Notes under the pieces: model-generated
Seen by the model: the letters and a program-made list of their open reading frames with translations, nothing else
Databases searched by the model: none
Told to the model about the DNA's origin: nothing
Assembly (NCBI RefSeq): GCF_020745735.1
Contig: NC_083449.1
Coordinates: 4,376,923-4,440,922, forward strand
Direction: 5' to 3'
Source of the DNA: Hemiscyllium ocellatum
Lineage: Eukaryota
DNA length: 64,000 bases
Made by a program: the position numbers and the translations under genes
Shown here: one piece after another, positions 37,373 to 49,882 of the stretch
How positions within the stretch are numbered: position 1 is the stretch's first letter
Layout of the letters: each line of letters opens with the position of its first letter

Positions 37373-39810
37373 TGTGATGCTGCTGCTCCTTTAACAAGCC
37401 TATAAAAGACACAGGCTCTGAAAAGTCTGACTTGATGGGTTTTAGGGACATTTTAATTATAGCTAATAGATAATACCTCAGGCAAAAGGCTTCCACATTT
37501 TTAAAAAGAACACTTGTACAATGAAAGGGGAGTGGTCCAGTTTTCCCAGCTCAGCTTTTCTCTGGTTTGATTTGGTCTTTAGCTGTCTGGCCATTGACTG
37601 AAAGCAGTCAGGCAGGTCAAAAAGTTGCTGAACCCAAAGAAGCCAGTCCATGCTGGCACTCTCTCTCTCTGACATCTCTCCTGTAAGACCCTGTGTTTGA
37701 TTTTATCTTTTTTGTGCCAAGGGGTGTTTGTGGGGAGTATTGCAAGTATTGGGAACAGCATCATTAAGTTGGTATAATCTGTAGGGTTTTTGGACAGGTT
37801 AAGTTATTTAGTATTCTGTCCTCTTTTAAGACATAGGAACATTTGTTTGTGTTTCATTTGATAATCTTGTAAATCAGTTCTGTTTTGTTTAAAACAACGG
37901 GGTTTGACCAGCTACATCACTCCTGGAACATCCATGTTACACCTGCTTAAAACAACTAGCAAAGTTCGGGTCCGGGCTACTTGAAATGTTATGAGGGGGT
38001 CTGGCCTGGTCCATATCAGTTAGGGGGCTCTTTGAAGGATTTATTCTGTTGTTATGATTTGGGATTAGGGTTGTTGGACTTGAAGGCAGCGAATGGTAGG
38101 TGTTAGTGTCTTTTGTTCCAGGTTTTGAATTCAGTTGGTTTAAACTGTGCTTCGGAGAGCAACAGCTCTTTCACTCAACCAGAGTTTTCTGCAGGTGGAA
38201 GAAGTGATTTTAGGCCTTTTACAAAAGGTGATTAAGGGTAAGCTGCTGGAAATAGCAAACAATCTGGGATTGAGGCTGTGTCCTTCCATGAGGAAAGGAG
38301 AGAAAATTACAGCAGTAGCTCAGCATTCACGCTTGTTGAAAACACCATCAGAATCTTCAGAGATGGCTAACATTCAATGAAAAATGCTGCAACTTGAGTT
38401 AGAGGCACAAAACAAGGAGAGGGCAACAGAAATGAATTTTTTTTTGAACTATGATTAAATGCAGAAGAGAGAACGAGAGAGAGAGAGAAAAGGAGAGAAA
38501 GGAAAGGAAGAAGGAGAGGGAGTTTGAACATTGGAAATTGGCATTTAGACAGGAATTCAAAAATTCACTTCCTGAAGTAGTGAAAACTCATGTGAAAGAG
38601 CAGAGAGTTAAAACGGCAAGACTAGCAGCTGAAACGGCTGATGATTATGAGTTGATCAAAGTTTGACTTCTAAAACCAATTTCAATCCATGAGAGATAGA
38701 AGTTGAGGATAAGAGAAATCCTCACATGGAAAGGAAATGATAGATCTCAGTGAAGGTCGTAAGGATGACTTATCACAAGTTAAAAAGGAAATCCTTGAAG
38801 GGGAAAGGGAAGTTAAAAAGCTCTGGTGTTTTCCCTGCAATAAAGTAGGCCACATGAAATCATGTTGGTGGGTTAGGAAAAACACTGGGAAGCCAGATGT
38901 AGGAAACAGGAGAAGCCAATGAATTTTGTTAGAGTGGTAACAGAAAGCACAACAGAGATTCGAAAGCTGCACCAGAATGTACGAGCTGGACGGAGGTGCC
39001 AGATCTTCTTAAACCATCCATCTCTGAAGGTAACGTTTTAATCGCATGGCTAGGAGGATCAGGTAAAGTGGTTACAATATTAAGAGATACAAAGATCCTC
39101 TCAATCTGTGATGCTGAAAGATGAGGTGATACATACCTCTGAAGGACTATTGCTCGAAAATGTACTAGTAACGGGAATTCATGTTGTGAGAAGTGAGGTT
39201 ATAGTGTCCAGTGCAGTGACGAGTGGAGAAGTTGTGGTAGGGGTAGTGGACAAACTCTCAGCTCCGGGAATACAATTTGTCCTTGCTAATGATATTGTTG
39301 ATTCACTGGTAGGAGTGCTGCTGTTGAAAAGCCAGTGAAATCTCAGGCAACTGAATTAGTGCTGGACATATAACCTGGGCATTTTCCAGACTGTGTGGTG
39401 ACAAAGTCATCAGTTGAAACAGGAGAGATCAAAGAGTACAGATAAGAAAGTTGAAGTGAAATTAGCAGAGACCCTGGTTGATCAGATGGTTGAGACAAAC
39501 CGGGAAAAGATAGATGACAAAGCAGACATCTTTAGCTGAGATAAATTAACCAAGTTACAGCAGAAAGATGAAAATTTAAAGGAATTGTACCAAAAGGCCA
39601 ACACAGAAAAATAATATGAATATATCCCTGCATAATATTATATTAATAATAATGTATTAATGAGGAAATGGAGACCATCACACATTCAGGCTGATGAGAA
39701 ATGGACAGAACTGTATGAAGTTGTATTGCCAGTGGGTTATGGAAAGGAGGTGTTGTGAGTAGCACATGAGCTACCACTAGGTCATCATTTAGGAGCGAGA
39801 AAAACTCAGA
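37373..39810 (+). mobile_element. Decayed Gmr1-like Ty3/Gypsy element (LTR 37373-38018, PBS, gag with SCAN-like and CCHC motifs, protease remnant)
   Basis: TG...CA LTR followed by GGGGGCTC; FKNSLPEVVKTHVKEQRVKTARLAAETADDY; CFPCNKVGHMKSC; VTILRDT. Confidence 0.78.
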
Positions 39811-40383
39811 CTTTTGCAGAGACTGTTTGGAAATCACATTACTTAATTGTCGTCTCTGTCTGTGATGACTATTCAGTAAAAGATTAATGCTACCCTTCTC
39901 AATTACAGATAAACTCCATGTAAATGTGCTTCACTTGGGTTGGAGGATTTGAGTTAGCAGTAGAGGCTGAATAGGCTGGAGCTGTTTTCCCTGGAGAGGG
40001 ACCTTTATAGAGGTTCATAAAATCATGAGCAGCATGGATAAGTGGTAGAGGCTGCACCGAAGGGTCTCTTTCCGTGCTGTACATCTCTATGATTCGATGG
40101 CTGTAAATAATAACACTTGTTGGAAATGGGGTGATGTGCACTGAGAATGGAGAGAGAGAGAAACTGCTGATGAGCACAGTTTCCCTCCATCTCTGTACTT
40201 AGCAGCTACCTCACAGATGGTTGTTGAAACTATGTAACAGTATGATCTATTTGTTTATTTACATTGTAGAAAATGTTCTTATTAAAAGCAGATTTTAATG
40301 CTGACCCTGAGTGTCTATTTTGGATGAGGATTCAGTTTATCTATCTTTAAAACTGAATCTTCAAATGTCAACGGGCTACATAC

Positions 40384-40490
40384 CTGCTGTTTGCTCGAGG
40401 CAGTTGGTCCGACTTCCCTTTGAACCGAGGAAGTATTACAGTGTCTTAGTCCCTCAGGTATTTGTCTGGGGGAAGATAGATAGACACCAC
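40384..40490 (-). other. 107-nt exon-like module, proximal type
   Basis: ttgattaaTAG acceptor and CAG|GTATGT donor. Confidence 0.55.
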
Positions 40491-40632
40491 CTATTAATCA
40501 ACGTGAAGCGAGACTGGTAATATTGATCAATGCTGAAAATATGTTGCTGGAAAAGCGCAGCAGGTCAGGCAGCACGCAAGGAACAGGAGATTCGACGTTT
40601 GGGGCATAAGCCCTTCTTTAGGAATGTCATAT

Positions 40633-40728
40633 TCATCGCATATTCGTTAGGATAAGCCAGCAACTTAAACAGAACCACGGATCGGATTCCATTGTTGCGC
40701 TGAGCTGCTCTTTGTCTGGAGATTGCAT
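40633..40728 (-). CDS. Candidate 31-aa small ORF MQSPDKEQLSATMESDPWFCLSCWLILTNMR
   Basis: ATG-to-TGA open frame homologous to the 18893-18961 module. Confidence 0.3.
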   Translation of the reverse strand: MQSPDKEQLSATMESDPWFCLSCWLILTNMR

Positions 40729-41029
40729 TTATTTCTCATATGATTCGATACCAATTGAGTGAGATGGAGAAACTGAGCAACTGCACAGCTCCATGAGTAG
40801 GACTACTCACCACCAGAATGCTAACACAGTTCAAAATCCAACTCCCAATACACTACCTGTTGGAGAGAGAAAAAACGGTGATATACCTTATTTTTTCCCA
40901 AGACACACTCCTTTTACAGGAGTATCCCATTCCTACAGTCGGTCTGCGATTCCGATATTGACTGCACAATCTCAACAAACAATCGGAAACAATGAAATCT
41001 CAACAGAGTTCAGAGGATTGTAAACTCCA

Positions 41030-41508
41030 GGAATGTCCCACAGCAGCTTCTTCCCGCTCTGCCTCCCTCAGCAGGCCCACACACAGCCCGAGAAAGGCCT
41101 CTCTCTTCCCCCCAGCCCGCTCACTCCAAGTTCCGGGACCAGTTCCTGCTCCGCTCGGCCTCTTACAAACAGCCCCCGGTTCTCCCTGAACTCACCCCGA
41201 ATCAATCCCGGTCTCCGAGCCCCCTCTGTGTCCCAGGCTCCCATCCCGATGTGCTGCTGGAAGGAGCCTGCTGTTCCCTCGCTTCCCTGGGCGCTAGTCT
41301 CTCCATTGCGGTCTGTTTCAAACAAACCTCTTGCACTCACTGAGTAAATGCACCTCAATGGCAGCGCTGGGGGAGGGTCTCACGCATGCGCTCCTCTACT
41401 CAGGAATAGTCAGCTTTGGGGAGAAAAAGGTTCCGTCCCAAATACAGCTGGGGCTGGAGGCAGAGCTGGATGATCAAGACATTGATCGGTCTGCCACTTA
41501 GTTTCCTC
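41030..41508 (-). other. Divergent-gene promoter, first exon (GTGAGT at 41335-41340) and GC-rich block; no adjacent H4
   Basis: Homologous to 25221-25645; NRF1 motif retained. Confidence 0.6.
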
Positions 41509-41514
41509 TGAACG

Positions 41515-43320
41515 CTGAATTAACACAGAACTTATCAATGTATGAAAAAAAACTCATCCATTTGAAATTGTGATTACATTTGTCAACAAGTTACACAATC
41601 TGCTGGAACCTGACCGTGATTGTTTTCTACGCTTGGGGTTGAGGCAACTCATTCTCAATTGCCCAGGGTTAAAGAGAAATGGAAAGAAAAAGTTTCTGTG
41701 CCATACTTTTCTTGAGTCAAGAGTTGAGTCACATCTCGAGTGTGGAATTAATATATTTCTGAGAACTTGATTGATAACCATGGGCCCAGAGACCTATCAA
41801 TAACTGTTTCGGCATCGTGCAGCTCCATGTAGGGATTTATAGCATTTCTCAGTGTTATGCGAACGCCTGTTAACCAGCAACTGTTAGCATGCAATATATG
41901 TGTCAATTTAACTCTGCACCTGTCGCGTCCTCATTTACACATTTTGGATTAACTCAACATCTGTCCATTCAGACTCTGCTCCTCCGTGTAATAGTCATTT
42001 AGTGTTATTTCAAGAGAGGTTTTATTCTGTACCATCAAGCACTGATGTAAGCTGTAATATGTTACACTATTTGCCAGCTACTTAGTAACATTCCTGCAAT
42101 CTGTGCCCCAAGGAGAGGTGAGTTCTGCAGATGCTGAGGATCAGAGGGCTTATGCCTGAAACGTTGAGATGAAGGGTTTATGATTCTCCTGTTCGTTGGA
42201 TGTTGCTGGACCTGCTGTGCTTTTCCATCACCACATTCTCTAACACCAATCTGCGCCGTCTGTTTCTGGGATGTAAAGCATTTTTATAAATCCGTTTTCA
42301 GTCTTTACATGTCAGTATGTTACTGGACTGTAACTCAAACCTTTATAAGTGTAACTTGTTTTACTCTGTAAGGTGTCATCCATTGACATAAGAATGTGTT
42401 TCATGTATACCTACAACTTTGAATGTACTGGATTCTACTTTGGACAGACTCAGGTAGGATTCGCTGCCCTCCACTCCCACACCCTACGAATATTAGCTTC
42501 TGCACACAGACAGTCACCCAAGGCTGGAATCGAACCTGGGACCCTGTTGCCGTAAGGCAGCAGTGCTAACCACTGTGCCACCCCACTAGCAGAGGTGGGA
42601 TCTCTAGTGAGAATATGCCCAACCATTCTACAGTTACAACAAGAGTCTATGTATCAATCTGCAACTCACACATTCTGCCACGTGAATATGTGAGCACAGT
42701 TGTCGCTCTCTCCCTGTCAGTTTCTGTGATGTGCATACTTGAGTGAAGTTATCTGCCTGTACCTGTTCCACTCACTGAATATACGAGTAGAGGTATTACT
42801 CTCTCTCTCTCTCTATAGGATTCTCGTACATGCATACTTGAGAGAAGTTATCACCCCATACCTGTTGGTTTCTGCTATGTGACGATGACAGTCTTTGCTC
42901 TGTGAATGTGATTGTTTAATTATCAATTTCAGCATTGTTAAAATTTGAACATTGTTATCAATATCTCGGGTTGGGGTCTACATCTGGGCGAGATCCGCTT
43001 TGGAGAGTTGTTGCAGGGGGAGGTCCAAATGACCTCTACCTGCACTGGAGAAATTCTATGTAAAAGAAAATGAGAGATTTTATACCATTGTCAGTGTCTG
43101 ACAGTGTAGAGTAGTTTTGGACCATTTCCACAACTTCTATTCTATGGTAGGGTTTATGATTGTAAATTATATTCTGAATATGTATTTTGAACATGTGAAT
43201 TATTGTTCACATGTTTATAACAAGACCATTTTATGAGAGCTTCTTCATTCTGTGTCCAATAATCTCTGGGTATCTGTCTGAATGTGTAACTTTTCATGTC
43301 AATATTTCGTTTCCCTTTGG
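41515..43320 (+). repeat. Older partial paralog of the spacer upstream of H2B (29063-32680) with internal deletions
   Basis: Colinear blocks GAATTAACACAGAACTT, CCTGTTAACCAGCAACTG, TTTGGACAGACTCAGGTAGG and TTATGAGAGCTT. Confidence 0.8.
42505..42584 (-). mobile_element. HE1-type SINE head fragment
   Basis: GGCTGGAATCGAACCTGGG..GCAGCAGTGCTAACCACTGTGCCACC. Confidence 0.8.
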
Positions 43321-43598
43321 ACCACTTGAAAACAAAGCATTTATTCAGTCATTTTGTAAGAGATGTGTTCTGTTTTCACTTTGTGGAAATGAATTAAATT
43401 GCAATATTTGTTTCACTCTAACACTTGGCCTGCTATCTAATTCCTCCAGTTTGGAAAAACAGAATTGATACATGAATTACATACAGTCATAGAGTCAGAC
43501 AGCAAGTTTAGACCATGGTAAAATAATTGGAGGAATAATTAATCTGAATGTTCATTTATTTCTTTCCCTACTTATCTGGAATACATTCTGACCATGTA

Positions 43599-43633
<35 letters not shown>

Positions 43634-43711
43634 GGGGGGTAGCGGGGGTTCAGTATTTCTGAATAAACAAGTGGAGTTTACTTTGTGACCAATGTGACGC
43701 CATGCACTTAA

Positions 43712-46455
43712 AACCATAAGACCATAAGACATAGGAGTGGAAGTAAGGACATTCGGCCCATCGAGTCTGCTCCGCCATTCAATCATGGCTGATGGGCATT
43801 TCAACTCCACTTACCAGCGTTCCCCCGTAGCCCTTAATTCCTTGAGACAACAAGAATCTATCAATCTCGACCTTGAAGACATTTAGCATCCGGCCTCCAC
43901 TGCACTCCGTGGCAATGAATTCCACAGGCCGACCACTCTCTGGCTGAAGAAATGTCTCCGCATTTCTGTTCTGAATTGACCCCCTTTAATTCTAAGGCTG
44001 TGTCCACGGGTCCTAGTCTCCTCACCTAATGCAAACAATTTCCTAGCGTCCACCCTTTCCAAACCATGTATTATCTTGTACGTCTCTATTAAGTCTCCCC
44101 TTAATCTTCTAAACTCCAATGAATACAATCCCAGGATCCTCAGCCATTCCTCATATGTTAGACCTGCCATTCCAGGGATCATCCGAGTGAATCTCCGCTG
44201 GACACGTTCCAGTGCCAGTATGTCCTTCCTGAGGTGTGGGAACCAAAACTGGACACAGTACTCCAAATGGGGCCTAACCAGAGCTTAATAAAGTCTCAGT
44301 AGCACATTTCTGCTTTTATATTCCAACCCTCTTGAGATAAGAGACAACATTGCATTCGCTTTCTTAATCACAGACTCAACCTGCATGTTTACCTTTAGAG
44401 AATCCTCGACTAGCACTCCCAGATCCCTTTGTACTTTGGCTTTACTAATTTTCTCACCATTTAGAAAGTAGTCTATGCTTTTATTCTTTTTGCCAAAGTG
44501 CAAGACCTCGCACTTGCTCACGTTAAATTCCATCAGCCATTTCCTGGACCACTCTCCCAATCTGTCTAAATCCTTCTGTAGCCTCCCCACTTCCTCAGTA
44601 CTACCTGCCTGTCCACCTAACTTCGTATCATCGGCAAACTTCGCTAGAATGCCCCCAGTCCCCTCATCCAAATCATTAATACATAATGCGAATGGCTGTG
44701 GCCCCAACACTGAACCATGCAGGACACCGCTCGTCATCGGCTGCCATTCTGAAAAAGAACCTTTTATCCCAACTGTCTGCCTTCTGTTAGACAGCCAATC
44801 CTCAATCCATCCCAGCAGCTCATCTAGAACACCATGGGCCCTCACCTTGCTCAGCAGCCTCCCGTGTGGCACCTTATCAAAGGCCTTTTGAAAGTCTAGA
44901 TAGACCACATCCACTGGGTTTCCCTGGTCTAACCTACTTGTTACCTCTTCAAAGAATTCCAACAGGTTTGTCAGGCATGACCTCCCCTTACTAAATCCAT
45001 GTTGACTTGTTCTAATCAGACTCTGCTCTTCCAAGAATTTAGAAACCTCATCCTTAATGATGGATTCTAGAATTTTACCAACAACCGAGGTTAAGCTGAT
45101 TGGCCTATAACTTTCCATCTTTTGTCTTGATCCTTTCTTGAACAAGGGGGTTACAACAGCCATCTTCCAATCATCCGGGACCTTTCCTGACTCCAGTGAC
45201 TCTTGAAAGATCTCAACCAATGCCTCTGCTATTTCCTCAGCCACCTCTCTCAGAACTCTAGGGTGTATCCCATCGGGGCCAGGAGATTTATCAATTTTAA
45301 GACTTTTTAACTTTTCTAGCACTATCTCTTTCGTAACGGCAACCATACTCAACTCAGCCCCATGACTCCCTTTAATTTTTGGGATATTACTCATGTCTTC
45401 CACTGTGAAAACTGACGCAAAGTACTTGTTAAATTCTCCTGCTATTTCCTTATCTCCCATCATTAGGCTTCCTGCATCAGTTTGAAGTGGCCCAATGTCT
45501 ACTTTTGCCTGTCGTTTGTTTCTTATGTATTGAAAGAAACTTTTCCTATTACTTCTAATATTACTGGCTAGCCTACCTTCATATTTGATACTCTCATTTC
45601 TTATTACACTCTGTTATCCTCTGTTTGTTTTTGTAGCCTTCCCAACCTTCTGTTTTCCCACTGTTCTTAGCCACTTTATAGGATCTCTCTTTTTCTTTAA
45701 TAGATTTCCTGACTTTGTCAGCCATGGCTGTCAATTCCCTCCCCAGATAATCTTTCTTTTCTTGGGGATGAACCTCTGTACAGTGTCCTCAATTATACCC
45801 ACAAACTCCTGCCATTTTTGCTCTGCTGTCTTCCCCACTAGGCTCTGCTTCCAGTCTATTTGTGTCAGTTCCTCTCTCATGCCCTCATAATTACCTTTAT
45901 TTAACTGTAACACCATTACATCTGATTTTGCCTTCTTTCTATCAAACTCCAGACTGACCTCTACCATATTATGATCGCTACTTCCTAAGGGTTCCCTTAC
46001 TTTAAGATCTTTTAAAAAGACTGGTTCATTGCAAAGCACTAGGTCCAGAATAGCCTGCTCCCTTGTGGGCTCCATGACAAGCTGTTCCAAAAAGCCATCC
46101 TGTAAGCATTCCATGAAATCCCTTTCTTTGGAGCCACTAGCAACATTATTTACCCAGGCCACCTGCATATTGAACTCTCCCATAATCACTGTGACCTTGC
46201 CTTTCCAACATGCCTTCTCTATTTCCCGGTTCATGTTGCGTCCCTGGTCCTGACCACTATTAGGAGGTCTATATACAACTCCAATTATGGTTTTTTTGCC
46301 TTTGTGGTTCCTCAATTCCACCCACATAGACTCCACATCATCCGACGCTATGTCATTCAATACCATTGATTTAATTTTGTTCTTAACTAACAAGGCAACC
46401 CCACCTCCTCTGCCCACCTCTCTGTCTTTTCGATAAGTTGAAAAACTATGGAGGT
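43712..46455 (-). mobile_element. Young 5'-truncated CR1 LINE (different subfamily), ORF2 broken into pieces
   Basis: ORFs 45731..46417 (endonuclease), 44285..45463 (YRPISLTS, YLDFQKAFDKVPH, KFADDTK) and 43883..44266; (TCTTATGG)n tail. Confidence 0.95.
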
Positions 46456-47023
46456 TTGATTAGAAGTTCACTTGTACACTGGGACTGACATATTTCACTC
46501 TTACCCTGTCCTGTTTAACTTTATTAATGAAATGCTAGCTCTCCCAACCATGCGATCCTTGTAGCCATGATTTTTCTACTTTTGCCTGTGGACCTACTAA
46601 CCTGACAGTGTTTCTGTGCTTTGCAAGTTATTCTATACCCACTGTGTATTGGCATAATCTCAATCTTTGTTGAGTCCAGAAATCAGTTTCCTTCACACCC
46701 TTCATTACATGAATAAGAACAATAACTGGCGCAGTCAGAAACTATTTGCTCTGCTCTTCCATTCACTTGTACGGCTTGTGTACTCGGGAATTAGTATCTA
46801 CCTGTTGGTCTGTGGTACTCAATGAGACTGGCCCTTCAAAACTCTAATCAGATATGACAGGCTGCCACAGAGTAGAGCCACCTTGTCTAGTGAAGACGTT
46901 GGACACTAAAATTTAATGTTGACTACTCCAGCTATTCTCCATTGTGTATACACACTGATTTTAGGTATTAAAAAAGATTTTTGAAAGGAACAGTTATGAC
47001 ACAGGGAGGTTGCCCATACTCAC

Positions 47024-47135
47024 TTGACCCTGCTCAGTCTTCCTGTGTTGTGTTACTGAACAGTTTAAATGTTTGCTGTAAAGTGGACAGCCAGTTAGCA
47101 GAGTGGGACAAGGGAGCGTTCTCAGTTCTTGTTTC
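47024..47135 (-). other. Candidate isolated exon
   Basis: tctttcctattcacttCAG acceptor and CAA|GTGAGT donor in non-repeat sequence. Confidence 0.3.
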
Positions 47136-47332
47136 CTGAAGTGAATAGGAAAGATCTTATTTTCTGTAATTGTTTGTATCTGTAGGATTCTCAGACAAGT
47201 AAAACTGCAACACATTGTCACAAAAACAAGTCTGTGTTGTTCTTAAAAGTCAAGGTGGGAAAAGCAATGGACTTTTGCAACTCTGATTATGCGGAACCTA
47301 ACTAGGAGTGATATCAAGGTCAGGCCTTCAAA

Positions 47333-47793
47333 GTGTCATACAGTTGTCCAGCACAGAAACAGGTCCTTTGGTCCAAGCTGTTAGTGCTGACCAGAGATCC
47401 TAATCTGACCAAGTCCCATTGGCCAGCATTTGGTCTGACTCCCTCTGAACCCTTCCTCTTCATGTACCTATCCAGTTGTCTACAAAAGATTGCAATTGTA
47501 CCCACCACCTCCACTTCCTCTGGTAGCTCATTCCATACAAGCACCACCCTCTGCAATGATAAAGTAACCCCACAAGTGCTTTTTAAATCTTTTCCATCTC
47601 ACCTTAAACCTTTGCCCTCTATTATTGGACTCCCCAGCATTAGAAAGAAGACCTTGCATATTCACCCTCGCAATGTCACTCATGATTTTATTAACCTCAA
47701 TAAGGTCATACCTCAGCCTCAGACAGTCCAGGGGAAAAAAACAACAGCCTATTTGGACTCTCCCCATAACTCAAATCCTCTAGTCCTGGCAAT
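47333..47793 (-). mobile_element. CR1 3' end fragment
   Basis: QRVVLVWNELPEEV and LRYDLIEVNKIM. Confidence 0.8.
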
Positions 47794-48863
47794 GAAATAT
47801 ACTGATGGGAGTAGTGCATGTGATACAGTTTACATGGACAACAATAAGGACTTGAAGGAGCATAATCCCTGAACAGAGAAGAAAGACTCAGGAAGCAGGC
47901 AGGATTCAGGCAAGTGGTAGGTGTTTCTTCAAGCAGAAACCGATTAATGCAGGGAGAGGGCCTAAGGATCTTCCCCTGAGACTGGCCTCGGAGGAGAGAT
48001 GCATGGCACACTCTGATTTTACATTAAAAAAAACAGTAATTATTGTACACTTTCTGTGAACAATCACATACAATGTGATTAATATATTCCTCCCTCTTAC
48101 TTTGTATACGCTATCATATGAGACACCTCATCAATGTTGGGCATCCATTGGACAGCTCCAGGTTCACATGATCTCAAGGTGATTAGCAGATACTGTCATC
48201 GCTCGGCCTTGGGATCTTTCGATGTCTCCTATTTGTTCACATTCCAGAGTTACTTGCGATACCCCTTCGGGTTTCTGTCAGTCTAGCTTATCTTGAGGGA
48301 CATCCTGAATGCTGTTATTCATTGTATTTAATTTTAATCAAATTCTATTGCTCTTCTTACGTGCCCCATGGTCCTTATTATATATGAAGAAAAAACAGAA
48401 AACAGTTAATATTGTATTACTTGCTAATAATTTGTAATTTTGATTTCTCTTAAAGTTAGTTAAAATGTGTAAAGTCATACAGTTATGAAACGGAGTAGTA
48501 TAAGATAACTTTAGCTGTTGCCCCCTCAGTTGTTTTAGGGGATTAATGGGCTGTATCGAACATCTGGTGCCTGTTCATTTAATGGTACAATTCCCTTTCA
48601 TTTAATGTGGCTGGAGTTACTCGTTTCTCAGACCTTAGGTCTGCTGGTCAGAACTGTTTCGAATGGAAACAGGCTGGGTCCTTATTACTGTCCTCTGAGT
48701 GGGTTGTTCAATGGTATCATTATGCCTCACTGTGTGTGAACAGGCTGATGTGCTTAGTTTCTGCTATTGTCTCTCACGTCCTGCTGTTTAATTCCACTTA
48801 TCGGTCAATTTGTGTTAACAGATATGGGCCACTCTATTCTGGCAGGTACAGGCCACCCCGATA

Positions 48864-49087
48864 GCCTTTGACAAAGTCCCATATAAAAGGCTGGTCTAAG
48901 ATTGGCTCTTGGACTCTTAAGCAAACTTGATCTGAAATTACCTTGCAGACAGGATGCAAAGTGTGATGGTGATGGGTTGTGTTTGTGATTGAAAGCCTGT
49001 GACCAGAGGTGCCCCACAGGGATCAGTGCTAGGACACTTGCTGTTCATTATGTACATTAACGACTTGGATGTGAATGTGGGCGGTGA
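48864..49087 (+). mobile_element. Old CR1 RT fragment at the duplication junction
   Basis: Encodes AFDKVP and SVLG.LLFIMYINDLDVNVGG. Confidence 0.65.
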
Positions 49088-49446
49088 AATGAACCGAGCA
49101 GAGAATGAATAGAAGAGGGAAACGCTGCAGAGACAGTGGGAGGATTCAGCTCTTAATGTTGCTTCAAAGGAAACGTGAAGCCAAACCTGATCGGGAACAT
49201 CCGTGACACTGTTCTAGACTCATTGATCAAACATAAAGATCTTCCAGACAGTGACAGTGCAATGAGGAATAATGTAGTTCCAGACACACTTGCAATTTTC
49301 CTCTGCTGCCACCGACAGTAACAATAGCCAATAAAAAGGAGATAGAAATGTAGCAATGTTAGGTATAACGGTCAGGGTTCTACACATTAAAAGGAAAGTA
49401 ATTCAACTCGACAGAGAGTTCAGTTCCCTTCACAGATGCTGTGAGT

Positions 49447-49462
49447 GGCTCTGAAAAGAGCC
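49447..49462 (-). promoter_or_regulatory. Histone 3' stem-loop (H2A copy 2)
   Basis: GGCTCTTTTCAGAGCC followed by ACTCA on the minus strand. Confidence 0.95.
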
Positions 49463-49492
49463 TTTGGGTTGTCAGATTCAAGATTAGTCTCT

Positions 49493-49882
49493 TCACTTTT
49501 TAGCAGATCCAGCAGCGGAAGTTTTCTTGGGCAGCAGCACGGCCTGGATATTAGGCAGCACCCCGCCCTGAGCGATGGTCACCCCTCCCAGCAGCTTGTT
49601 GAGCTCCTCGTCGTTGCGCACGGCCAGCTGCAGGTGCCTGGGGATGATGCGGGTCTTCTTGTTGTCCCGGGCCGCGTTGCCGGCCAGCTCCAGGATTTCA
49701 GCCGTCAGATACTCCAGCACCGCAGCCAGATAGACCGGCGCTCCGGCACCCACACGCTCAGCATAGTTGCCCTTTCTCAGGAGCCTGTGAACACGGCCCA
49801 CCGGGAACTGCAGGCCAGCCCGGGACGACCGAGACTTCGCCTTGGCGCGACCTTTCCCACTACCTTTTCCTCTACCAGACAT
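49493..49882 (-). CDS. H2A: Histone H2A, intact
   Basis: [40 protein letters not shown]...[15 protein letters not shown], 129 aa. Confidence 0.98.
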   Translation of the reverse strand: MSGRGKGSGKGRAKAKSRSSRAGLQFPVGRVHRLLRKGNYAERVGAGAPVYLAAVLEYLTAEILELAGNAARDNKKTRIIPRHLQLAVRNDEELNKLLGGVTIAQGGVLPNIQAVLLPKKTSAAGSAKK

